From Pseudovirgaria hyperparasitica (Eukaryota), in NCBI GenBank assembly GCA_010093815.1, contig ML996584.1: a stretch of DNA of 64,000 nt. One strand, written 5' to 3'. Under the pieces are notes generated by a model, which worked only from the letters and a program-made list of their open reading frames with translations, was not told the DNA's origin and did no database searches. The position numbers were made by a program, and so were the translations under genes. Shown here piece by piece: positions 39,407 through 51,478 of the stretch. Position 1 is the stretch's first letter. Every line of letters begins with the position of its first letter.

Positions 39407-40611
39407 GTGCCTAAATCCAGGCATCTTGGATTTGAACGATCGATGTAGGCGCTATAAAGGGAAGGCAGAGAAGTAGGTAGACAAGAGAAAAAAATAAAGT
39501 AGGTTTTAAGACGGTTTCACGTTGACGGTGAGAGTGAATAGATTTGACTGAGCGGATGGTCAACGGCGATAGCCATGAAGTGAATTGCGTCAATCCAAGT
39601 GATTGACCTCGAAAAAGCCAGGCTTTGAAAATGGAAACATAATAGACACATGAAATTGTGAGAACAAATGAGATTGGCAGTGTAATTCCAACATTACCTT
39701 GCACTTCACTGTGTAAGTTTTTATCACAGCAATACGTCAAAGGCCATGTAGCGCTGTACAGCACATACTTTATGATAGACTCAAAGTTACATCACCAGGC
39801 AACCATGTGGTCTCGTTGCCAGTACGCGATTAGTGCTCATTTGAGACCGGGTGCAGCTTCGAGTTCACGTTCGATTTGTCGAATTGAGATGTCAGTCCTG
39901 AATCATAGTTATTGCATGTGTATGGAGACAGAGCCGATGTGATTAGATATATTCCTCGGTTACGGAGTGATATGTGTAAATGAGTGAGGATCACGAGGTC
40001 TCTAGAGAATGACTGCAAGGCCGAAGTAGGCGCGAGAGCAGACGCCATACCGCAGTCCGTTAGTAGGTGCAACCAATCAAGCAACGGCAAATTTTGATCG
40101 CAACACTGGAACCATTCTATATCTTCCCGGGCGAACTTCAACGTCCTAGAAATCCTAAACAATGGGCTTCCTGCACTTTTTGAATCTTGTCTCTCGCCTT
40201 GCTCAAGGGGACTTCTCTGCCTTTGCGCAGGACCGTCTGCACCGTTTTCCACAGCTTCAGGTTCCACATTGACGTTATTGCGCCCCTCCGCAGCATCCCA
40301 CTTCGCGACGGTCACCAGAGATTTTTTTGCACATCGCCTGTGGCTCTACATATTCACACCAGGCCCGGAGCACTATCTAGCAGGATACATGTAAGTGTCC
40401 TTTGTCTGGGTTCTAGATTTTCATATGATGTTTTCAAATATTATAGATGTTAGACTTCCAACGCCAAAAGCGTATGCGGAGAAATTCCTTTCTGATATAT
40501 AATGTTTGCTCATTGGATCACGCCTCAGCACTATCGTAGCCAAAGCTGACTTCTGTATCTCATACAGATCCAAACATACTTTAGTTACAGTGTTACAGCC
40601 TTGACTACACC

Positions 40612-42498
40612 ATGTGTGGCATCATTGCCGTAATCCACGGCGACCCGGCATCCACTTCAGCTGCCGTTGAAATCCATGATGCCCTATACCTCCTACAACA
40701 CCGTGGACAAGATGCATGTGGCATCGCGACATGTGGATCTGGAGGGCGATTCTACCAATGCAAAGGCAATGGTATGGCCTCAAGAGTCTTCCATGACGGT
40801 GCGCGTGTCGCCGATCTTCCGGGATGGATGGGCTTGGGACATCTCCGATATCCCACTGCTGGTAGCAGCGCAAACTCGGAAGCCCAGCCGTTCTATGTGA
40901 ACAGTCCCTATGGTATCTGTTTCACACACAACGGGAATCTGATCAACGCTCCTGAGCTTACCCGATTCTTGGATCAAGAGGCCCATCGACATATTAATAC
41001 AGAGAGCGATAGTGAGCTCATGCTCAACGTTTTTGCAAGCGAACTGAATGAGACCGGAAAGGCTCGTATCAACGCCAATGATTGTTTTGCAGCTCTTGAG
41101 AGGATGTATCAAAAATGCGTCGGTGGCTGGGCTTGCACAGCAATGCTTGCAGGTATGCAGAGTAGACGCACAATCAAGCCAATGCTGATGTGTTCACAGG
41201 TTTTGGCTTGATTGGTTTCCGGGATCCATACGGCATTCGTCCTATGGTACTTGGCTCTAAACCCTCCGATACTGGTCACGGGAAAGATTACATGATGGCC
41301 TCTGAGTCTGTGGCATTGGTCCAGTGTGGGTATAAAGACTTTTTCGACATTAAGCCCGGACAAGCTGTTATCATCGAAAAAGGAAAAGAGCCCGTCTTTC
41401 ATCAGGTTCACAAGCAGCTTGGATACGCTCCCGACATCTTTGAATATGTCTATTTCGCGCGACCTGATACGATTATCGATGGTATTGATGTAGATGAAAG
41501 CAGACGCAATATGGGCTTCAAGCTCGCAGAAACCATCAAGAAGCAACTTGGCTCTAAGACGTTGGAAGAGATCGACGTGGTTATGCCAATACCCGAAACA
41601 TCGATCACATCTGCGTTGTGTGTTGCTGAAGCTTTGAATAAACCATACTGTCAAGGTTTCGTGAAGAATAGATACATCTTTAGAACCTTCATTATGCCTA
41701 GTCAGAAGCTGAGGCAGAAGGGTGTTAGAGCTAAGCTCAACCCTATGAAGAAGAAATTCGACGGCAAGAACGTGCTCCTGGTAGATGACAGCATCGTCCG
41801 TGGGACTACAAGTCGGGAGATCGTGCTGATGGCTCGTGAAGCCGGCGCCAGAAAGGTCTACTTTTCTAGCTGCGCGCCTCCTATCACGTAAGTCCTTCCT
41901 ATACCTCCACTGGTATACAAGGGTAACATTGTCTAGCAATGCGCACATATACGGCATCGATCTCGCATCTAGCTCTGAGCTGATCGCTCATCATCGATCA
42001 TCCTCGGATATATCGCGCATCATTGGCGCTGACGATGTCATCTACCAGTCCCTCCCTGACCTGGTATCCGCATGTGCGGCACTATCTCCTCGCGACCCTG
42101 CAACCCAGAATTTCGAAGTCGGTGTGTTCTGTGGCAAGTACGTGACTCCAGTAGATGATGAGTACTTTGAGCACCTCGAACGCGTCCGAGGCGAGAGTAA
42201 GAAGATGAAAATCAGAGAGCAGGCGAAGGATGCTGTTCTTCATGGAACTGCAGGTGAGAAAGAACTTCGCATGGCCGCAAAAGGTGTGGAGGTAGACAAA
42301 CATGGTAATGTTGTACCTTTGCACGGTACTGATGAGTCCTGGGTCCAAGGTCAAACAGACCAGGTCGCAGTCGGACCCACTACGACGAAAAGGTCAAATG
42401 AGTTCCACGCTGAACGCAAGCGGAAAAACAGCGATGAGTCAGCGAAGGTCAAGAACACGCAGGATTTAAGCCTCCATAACTTCAATGACCATCCGTGA
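40612..42498 (+). CDS. ADE4: Amidophosphoribosyltransferase
   Basis: N-terminal [41 protein letters not shown] motif [14 protein letters not shown]. Introns 41153-41199 and about 41888-41936. Confidence 0.97.
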
Positions 42499-42894
42499 GA
42501 GGTTCTACAGGTTTACACAGCGGACGTATGGAGGCGATACGGAGTTTCGGCTGCGATACAGGTCGTTAGGATGTTCTGTTTCGTTGTCCTTATTGCGTAT
42601 GTGTGATACTGCTTGGGAGGATACTTTGCATGAAAAGTTGTATACTGCTTAGAGGTCCCAACATACAGCGGACTTCACAGCCGCGCTTTATATATACCCC
42701 TACCATACTCTCATTCTCTTGACAGACTTGGAGCTATGTCAGCAGCTCCTCTACACGAAATGTGCATTACGTATCGGGACTCCGCTGCCAAACATGCAAA
42801 GTTGACAGAGTCTACGTGGTACATCGATACAATTCTCGCTCCTCGTTATGTATGTACACTTCTGACACTATAGGAACCATGAAAACGCTCGCCA

Positions 42895-43785
42895 TCAGAA
42901 CACCGCATATGAAACCCTACATATACCTGATTTCCTCGCAATCTTGCGAATCTCAATCCTGCCCACATCACTTGTCCGCGGTAAATGCGTCCCTCCACAC
43001 GGATAACTTCCCACGCCCTCGATCTCTACCGCCCTCAACAACCCACTCGTATCCCCATCCGCCCTGTTACCTGCAAGCATATCTTCCAATCCCTCACATC
43101 CGCCCTGGCACTTCTCTCGCATAGTCTCCACATTCCACCAATGTATATATACCGCAGTGTCTTTCGTCCCGAGTTCGTTTGCTCGTGCTTCGATGGCGGA
43201 TTTATATTCTGATGGAATCGTGCCTTTGAACTCGACGTTTGCGGACCCGGGAACATGCGACGCTTTGCCGTCGATTAGGCCTGCGGATGGTAGTATCTGG
43301 TGCGCTGCAAGGGCAAGGATGTGACCGGCGGTGTGCCAGCGAGAATGAAGAGCTCGTTTTGCGGCATCAATTTCTTGTATGAGAGGGCTTGAGGGTTGGA
43401 AAGACGGTGTGGCGAGGGGGAAAGTGCCGAGGTGCAGAATGCGCGTGGGTTTCGTTACTGAGGAGCGCACAAGGGAGACGACGAATGAGGAGCGTTCGGG
43501 ATCGCGGATGGTGCCGGTGTCGGCGGGCTGGCCGCCGCCTTGAGGGTAGAAGATTGTGCGATCCGTGGTGAGTATGTAGGAGTCTGCAGGAGGAGATTTG
43601 AAGAGGGCTTGGTCAAGTTCAGGGATAGATGAGAACGGGGTGAGGGATGTGAGGGTTGAGGAGAGGATGTGGATGGAGGCGTCGTGGAGGTAAACGCTGC
43701 TGGGCGAGGGTATTGTGGGAGCTTGGTCCTAAAGAAGAATCAGTCAGTACGAAAGATTTTGCTTGAGTTGAGTACTTACAGTCAT
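42895..43785 (-). CDS. Free-standing alanyl-tRNA editing protein (AlaX; ThrRS/AlaRS common domain)
   Basis: Motifs RTIFYPQGGGQPADTG, HSRWHTAGH (HxxxH), YPCGGTH (CxxxH). Tiny first coding exon (ATG ACT) then a GTAAGT intron; an alternative in-frame ATG lies at 43800. Confidence 0.9.
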
Positions 43786-44318
43786 TGTTCTTAGGCGCAT
43801 ACAGTTGTTCTGGATACAAGGTGAGAGGAAACGCGGATTCTAGCTAATGGAAGTGAGCGCCAGAGAGTTGTAAGGTACATCTAGTCTCATTCATTTGCAG
43901 GTAGGCACGTTCTGCCGAATAGCTACACCTTATATGTACACATTGTAAGGTTCCAATTGAGCATCGTTGACTCACTTATTCGACATGCTTCCTGCCGTAT
44001 CATACGAATTAGATGTTTACCAAAGGGCGCGGTGTGACGTGCAATAGACGTGGACTAATCTAACACAAACTTTAGCGAGTCTGCCCACACACGAAATTCG
44101 GGTCAATCTCGGTGATCACTTGCGATTCCGCAGCTCTCCCACGATAGGACTACTCACGACTCTCACCTCGATCTGTCGACTTTGAAGCCCTTCATACTCG
44201 TCCTATCCTTCCCGCTATCCCATATAGCTAGCCTTGACCTGGTACATCCAACCAGAAGGCCCTGTTCGAGACTCCGCAAGTGACAGCCTCTCCTCGCATC
44301 ACCTCACACTCCGCCATC

Positions 44319-45097
44319 ATGGATCAGGCAAAGCTTGCTAAGATGCAAGCGTCGGTGCGCATTGGTAAGTAATTTGCTATAGAACTCCAATAGACATCTT
44401 CTTTCCAACATTTTCATGAATGCTGACATGATATAGGGTAAGCCTTCTCATTTTTATGTCGTAGCTCGGGTCGAGCTTCCGCACACGATACAACCATCCT
44501 ATGATACTGTCGCACACCAGACAGCTATAAGAGTGTGAGCATTACTGACGCGATCCCGCAGCGGCAAAGGCACACCGCGTCGTAAGGTCAAGAAGGTCAG
44601 CCGGACCGGTGGAACCGACGACAAGAAGCTACAAGGAGCATTGAAGAAACTCAATGTGCAACCAATTCAAGCAATCGAGGAAGTCAACATGTTCAAGAGC
44701 GATGGAAATGTTATTCACTTTTCAGCACCAAAAGGTACGCCTGTCTCATGTCCCAAACCACCAGACAGCAGAGCTGTTCCCCAAACTCCGAAACTTTTGC
44801 TATCAAAACAACCTGTTCGTCCATACCCCAGCCCTAACATGACTTCTAGTACATGCATCTGTTCCATCAAACACCTTCGCTATTTATGGCAACGGTGAGG
44901 ACAAGGAGCTGACCGAACTCGTCCCTGGAATCCTAAACCAGCTGGGTCCCGACTCGCTGGCATCACTGCGCAAACTCGCGGAGAGCTACCAAAGCATGCA
45001 GAAAGAGAAGGGTGAGGGCAAGGATGACGATGACGATGATGACATCCCAGACCTTGTAGCGGGGGAGACCTTCGAGGGCAAGAATGAAGTAGAATAA
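44319..45097 (+). CDS. EGD1: Nascent polypeptide-associated complex subunit beta (BTF3)
   Basis: [59 protein letters not shown]. Exons 44319-44364, 44437 (1 nt), 44562-44734, 44849-45097. Confidence 0.95.
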
Positions 45098-45793
45098 GCT
45101 TGAGCAGGTCCAAAGCCGAAAAAATTGCAGTCAAGGACTCGTGGGTATAACTATGAAAATGAAAAAGGCCGATATCGAGCTTCTCATCTCTTTGGCGATT
45201 TATGGCGGACTGGATTGGAACGGAGGTTCCGCAGATAGCACCTCTTTTGTAACCAGCAATTAAGCAATAGGACTCCTCGATGAGGTCCAATGTAAGTACC
45301 TCCTTGCTCTCTGTCCTAATGTGTCGTACTTGAGCATACCAGCAGCACACAGCTGTCGACACGTGTAGAAGAGCTCCCGAACCAGCAAAGATTACCAGAA
45401 AAATGATTTTATTCTGCCCCAAACCCGAGAATCTGAGATGCAGCACTCCCAGAAGCAATCGCTCAACCTGGCAGTGTTTCAGGTGGGGCTGAGCACACAT
45501 GCGCCAAAGTTGCAATCCTGGTGCCTAAATCCTGAGGTGTGCGTTTTGGGGGGGGGCGGTGTACTTCTACTCACCTCTAGTCCTCCCCTCAAACTACTCT
45601 GGTTAATCTGGTTTGTCACTTAGTTTTGCTACCGGTAAGGTGAAAGTCGAGGAGTGCCATTTCCTTGACGTCTCATATGGACTTTTTTCCATTCATCAGA
45701 GCGTATATTGTGTCTAATTGCATTCAAAGCATTTAGTAATCACTCATAGCACGCTGTTACTAAATCACGTTCAGTATTGAGGAATTTGGAAAA

Positions 45794-46951
45794 ATGTCGA
45801 GAGTACAGCAGCTACGGCTGCGCTTCGAGAAAGGAAATGAGTCGCAAATTACACCTAGAAATGTAATCTTTCCGTCGTCAGAGCGTTCGATATTGCGAGA
45901 CGTACTCATATCTGCGCACGGTTTTCAAAAACCGAACAGACAGGAAATCCCAATCATACGTGGGCAGACCCAGCGACAGCCAGTGAGGATATCACAGCAT
46001 ATTGTACCATCCGACTCATACAACATTAAAGCAACTACCGCTGTATCAACACAGCAGCCATTGCCGCCATTAGCACCAAGGATACCTCTTAATCCAGTCA
46101 GAAGCAGGATACAAAACCTCGAAGGGATCCTGCAGAAAGAAACTCGTGCGCTTGTAGAGCACAAGGTTCAAAATGAGAAGCTTCTGTGCAACAAGAGTGA
46201 AGCCGTGGTGCGGCGGCAGAGTTACGCGAAGGAGCGGATGAGACGAGAGCTGGAAGAAAGGGAAGCTCGCCGGCGGTGGTGCGTCTCATGTTTCGAAGAG
46301 GCAGATATGAGTGACATGGTCGAGGCTCCATGCCGACACTGGTACTGCCCAGGTTGTCTATCAGGTAGAGAATCAACTTTTCCGTTCTGGCAGGGGTCAG
46401 CTGACTCAAGGCAGAAGCATTCACGATTTCTCTGACATGCCGCCGCGAATTCCGCTGCTGCTCTATTCCTGCCCCTATCAGTCTTTTACCATCTCCGCCG
46501 TCCAACATATTTGTGTCGCGCTACAACGATCTCGTTTTGGAGCTCAGCACGCCTAATCCATTATACTGCCATAATAGACGCTGCAGCGCTTTCTTACCAC
46601 CTTATCTTCTATTCGGACCCGACATAGCTCACTGCGTAAAATGTTACGCGCAGACGTGTCGACATTGTAGAGGCAGAGCGCATACGGCGACTGTGTGCGC
46701 ACATGATGTTTCCATGAATATGGCGATCCAATTAATAGACAAGGAGGGCTGGAAGAGCTGTCCTACGTGTCGAAATGTAGTGGAAAGGAGCGGAGGTTGC
46801 TTGCATATTACTTGTCGATGTATGACGGTGAGCGTCCTCGATCTGCTATGGATGCCAATAGACGTGCTGTTGACAAAGCGTATAGGAATTTTGTTATCGT
46901 TGTGGTGGGCCGTGGAAAGATTGTGAGAGTAGTTGCGGTGACAATCAGTAA
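45794..46951 (+). CDS. RBR (RING-IBR-RING) E3 ubiquitin ligase-like protein
   Basis: RING1 CVSC..APCRHWYCPGC, IBR PLYCHNRRCSAF..CVKC..TCRHC..H, RING2 WKSCPTCRNVVERSGGCLHITCRC-EFCYRCG. Two short introns. Confidence 0.88.
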
Positions 46952-47236
46952 CTAAAGTGGTAAGCAATTCCAATCTTCCCGAGACAAGTTGGACAGGAGG
47001 TCCCCTTCCAGAGCTTAGCTATTGGGGCATCTTCCTGGTTATAAACCTATGGGTCTTTCTTGAGACATGCAACAACACTGTATGGGTGCTCATTCCAATT
47101 CATGTCTTTCAATGATTGCTACGCACACAACAAAATTACGCATGTCTTTGTCTTGAATACCAGTAGATATCTACATTTACAGTTCATGACCACGCAGCAA
47201 CAGTCCTAATCTATAAGACTTTCACTACTAATACGA

Positions 47237-48733
47237 CTAGTGTGCGACACCTGAAATATACAACTGGTGGCCTTTCCAGTTCCCGTCTCCGCCCCACTTA
47301 TCATATGAGCCATAATCGCAATAGAATAAGACGTTTCCAAGCCCTTCAACACAGTTCTTCACTGTCTGCGTCTTCTCTTCTTCGGTATAACCCTTGGCTT
47401 GGTTGTAGTCCGTGACCACGCCTTGGATCTGGACGAGCTTTTTGCTCTCGTATGGGAATTTGCCGTCCAAGGGATATTGCACTTGCATACTGGCTCTGGA
47501 ATCGTAGTACACGTATCCACCATCCACTATCCACTCCTTACAAAACCGTTCGATACTCGGCTGAACATCTCCTTGCTGAAATTGGAAGTTAGACTTGGTG
47601 TTGTCATAGCACGCCAAGTTCGCAGGTTTATTAGGCTCGGGATCAGACGGAGGATCTGAGGGAGTATCCGAGCCCGGATTTGAGAGTAGCTCTTGAATCG
47701 CAGCTTGTACAGCAGCCGCGTCACCATACGACGCAAACCCTGTGAATGGCTCGGCCCCATAGCAGTAGCAATCCTTCCAGAGATTGTCATGTGCTGTAAG
47801 CTATTGATAGTATTAGTCGGGCTCGACCTGAGATAGGAGGTTTGCATACCCCAGTACACTTGCCGCTGTCTCCAGATTGGGGCCCACCACATTCGTTGCA
47901 TTGCAACACAGGATCCTCTTTAGTTTCCGCTGGACACTTCCTTTTGCACGGGCCTAGAGTATAACTCAGTTAGAGTCATAAGTAAAATGGAGGGACTGAA
48001 CGTACATTTCTCACCAACGGTGCAAACGTCGCTATCGTCACCTTTGCAGTCCGACGCTGGGCAGTCTCGCTGTGGCTTTGCTGTACACTTCTCGAATTCC
48101 TGTAAAAAGGGGTTCGGCAGCTTCTGTGCCAAAGGTGCGTGCGCAGTCAATTCCAGACCCATCCAGAAGTTGGCTGCAATCAATGCGACCGGGATCGCCA
48201 GCAGTCCAACACCGACAACACCGGCGGCCACAGCTCCAATAGCTCCAATGCCTATGGTGATCTCAACAGAGAGAAAGTCTGGCATGGGCAAGTCTCCTGG
48301 GCCTCTTTTCTGATTGCCAGCTAATGCATCATTGAGACGCTTCTGGAGATCCGGCGATATGACTAGCGAATACTCGTCCTGATCATTCACTTTTCCAGTA
48401 AAGATAGCAACGTGTGCTGTAGCAGTCTCAGTGCCAGACGAAAGTACTGTTAAATAGTCTTGGTTCTATACAAGCGTTAATCAGGGCCAGAGCGTGTTTT
48501 CCGGCTGGTTGGCTCACTGGACCTATGAATTCTGTACTTCCACCCTCTAATTTCAAGTATTTGGGGTCCAATGGACCTTTTATTTGGTAGTCCGGGACTT
48601 GGAAGGGCTGTTGTTGACGCTTATCGATCGCAACAGTGGGGGTTTGCAAAGTAGGCGCATTGGTGACAGCAGTCGCAGCGACAACAGAGGCCCATGTAAG
48701 GTAATTAAGAAGCCTAAACAGCTTGATGGTCAT
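47237..48733 (-). CDS. Secreted Cys-rich multi-domain protein of unknown function (effector/toxin-like)
   Basis: Signal-like N-terminus, KR (Kex2-like) sites, an internal hydrophobic segment, a Cys-rich middle, a Pro/Asp/Ser linker and a C-terminal ~125 aa domain. Four exons join in frame through canonical GT-AG introns. Confidence 0.75.
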
Positions 48734-49485
48734 TTTTGGCAAGTAAATGATGAATGAGATACTATTTGAGAGTATCATTCATGTTCGGTTCCCTCCAGGA
48801 TATTTATTCAGCAAACACCGTGGTATGATTTCTACTGACCAGCCATAAGCCTTATGAGTGCTTGGGACACAGATACTGGTATTGCCACTCTAAATCTGAC
48901 TGGGCGGTCCCTGAAACAATACAGTTTGGGGGCAAATGATAAGCTGACTTGATCTCGGGTCGATAATTTTGCACACCAGCCAGGATAATCACGGGAAGTG
49001 ATGGTATACACATGCTTCGTAAGGACCTTGGCACATCGCATCCGTGTACGCCACAAGAAGAGCATAAATCACCATGGACCCAAATAGTTCCTTGCTGATA
49101 ATTGAGTAGATCATCTAGACGCCACTGATTTGATGACATCGTGACACAAAAGAAACACAGCCTCACGTCTCAAAGGGAGTCACTTTTCATCATCACTCAT
49201 GTTTCAGGATCGCTCTCAGGATCGTTCATGCACGGCTGACATGCGAGTCGGCAGAGCCCGGGCTCGACCAGAAATGGCTCTTTGTAAACATTTCAAGTAT
49301 TCTCCCTAGCATTAATGGTACAACAAAGTTATTTTGAGAATGCGCCATTCCACATATACTACTCTATTTACATTCCTGATATAGAAATGTCTCCTGGTTT
49401 GTCTATATATGACCTTGTGGTAATCCCACCGAAGTATATACTTTGCCATCTCCTCCCCTTGACAGTTCATTCATTTAGTCGCATC

Positions 49486-50586
49486 ATGCATATCACGTCC
49501 ATCCACCGCAATCCACTCCTTGTGGTGGCATCCCTTGTCCTCTCTACTCATGCGGCCGACCCGACCTACTGGATCCATTCCAGCTGTGCGCCTTATGGAT
49601 TTAGCGACGTCATGGCCGATTCACTTTCCATGGCGACGAGTTCAGTCACCAACAAAGATGTCTACGACCTCCAATGGGCCTTTAAGTGGATCTTCGGGTC
49701 GAAGAACACGACGCCCTCGCAAGAAATTGCAGCAAGATACAAAGTAACGAACCGTAAGCGTACTCCACTGAAGGCTCCTCACGTTTCTAATCCTAACCTA
49801 CCTAGTCGTCATGGCAGAAATAGGAAATCTTAAATCCACCGACAATAGTGCCACTGCTTCTATCCGCATCTATTGCGACAACGACGCCCGCTGGACTCTG
49901 GCTCCGGACCGCCCTGATACCCCTGAAGGACAGAAGAACAAAGACAAGAAACCCAGTGATCAGTACTGGGTCGATAATGAAAACGGATTGCGCAAACGAG
50001 GTCCGCCGTCTTGCAAAGACTCCGGCATGATGGGTGTCACATACCATAGCAGGACTGACGTGCGCGACGACTACGATCCCTCCCAGCTACGACCACGCGA
50101 CGTCATCACCATCTGCAACAGTATCCTGACGGGCTCAGGGGCAGAGAAGTTCCGTACCTTGAAGACATATATCAAGGGCTATCACGTCGCTGGCAGAAAG
50201 TCGAAGCAGCTAGAGCTTATAGCTAGCTTCACGTTGTTGCATGAACTGGCACATTGCAAGCCATGGGCTAGTGAGTGTTTGTGGCCTTTTTGATTCTATA
50301 TTAGTGCTAATTGTGAGCAGAGGATGACATCCCGCACCCATATGGCTGGAGCAATGTTATCGAAAATCGCCATCCACAGGATAACGCGGAGAACTTTGCG
50401 TACTTGGGCCTTTTTGCTGGGCTGCTGGACAACAAGTATCGCTTGAACTTCAACCCACGAGATGCCGAGGATGGTTATATCGAGCAGCTTCCGTTGAAGA
50501 AGACAAAACGTGATGTTCCTGCCAAGTGTCGGGACGTTTTCTATCGGCGTAACAATGTAGAATGTATGGAGGTAGTTGTGGTATAA
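49486..50586 (+). CDS. Secreted zincin metalloprotease-like protein (M35/aspzincin-like)
   Basis: Signal peptide (LLVVASLVLSTHA), VITIC, TLLHELAH (HExxH), D..PYGW, DNAENFAY. Two introns. Confidence 0.78.
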
Positions 50587-51478
50587 ATCTTTCACAAGAG
50601 AGTATTAATGTAAATAGTAGAGTATCGTGTTAGATGAACGAACAGTATGTACTCGTTAAACCCACAATCCAAGTATGTTATGAGCGTGGCATTATTTTAA
50701 AGTCTTGACGAAGCTGCTTAGCCTTTGACTTTCCACAGGAGACTTTATACAAATGCGAAAACCGCTCTCCAATCTCTTCTATTAGCTCTTTCCAAGTCTT
50801 GGATTTCCGGTCTTTTGATCACCTCAAGACTTCAACCCACGAACCATATATACACACACACACACACCATTACTGGGCTCTCCACACTCTTCACAAGGAC
50901 CGACACCCTCGCCATATGCATCGCATATTGACCCACTCTTCCCCAAAGTCCCATGCGTCTGTGTAAGATTCTCCTCATTCCCATCAGAATTTGGCATGCA
51001 GCTTTCACGTGCTTATCTCGTTAGAGCGCTTCGTCTCCACGCTATCCAGGGTTAGTCATTATGCCGGACTTTGTCGCTGCATGGAGGAACACGTGCGGCA
51101 GGCTCAGGAATGTTGAAAATGTAGATGATGGCGAGGTGTGGAAATGGTAGGAGACGGGTGCTGAGCGACATGGTGGATGTGCAGTGTATTCAAGGATTTA
51201 AGGGCGGAAAGTAAGTGAAGCAGTTGGGAATCGATGTAACACGTATCAAGATTGGACGAGTGTGACAGAGTGATGCTTCCAGAGTCGAGCATGTTAACAC
51301 CAATCCCGTGATGGCATAAAGTTAAAACCTCATTCATAGCGTTCTATAGAGCAATGATAGTCTATCTTCATGATAAGCATCAGTACGCTCGCTTCCGTCA
51401 GTCTATCAGTCTTTACCATTTCTACGATAGCATGTATGCGTGCGATAGTCCAAATGGACAAGCCATAAGTCGTCCAGA

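Noticed and set aside
39830..40315. 161-aa minus-strand ORF between rid and ADE4
   Set aside because: Non-ATG start, no motifs, and it lies in a divergent promoter region.
41109..41957. Long antisense ORFs over ADE4 (and similarly over mcsA, ICL1 and EGD1)
   Set aside because: Shadow ORFs from codon bias of the real sense-strand genes.
44365..44561. Interpreting the EGD1 double intron as a [D1,2] or [A2,3] stwintron
   Set aside because: Removing either intron does not rebuild a split GT or AG; both introns are complete and the intervening G must be retained for the reading frame.
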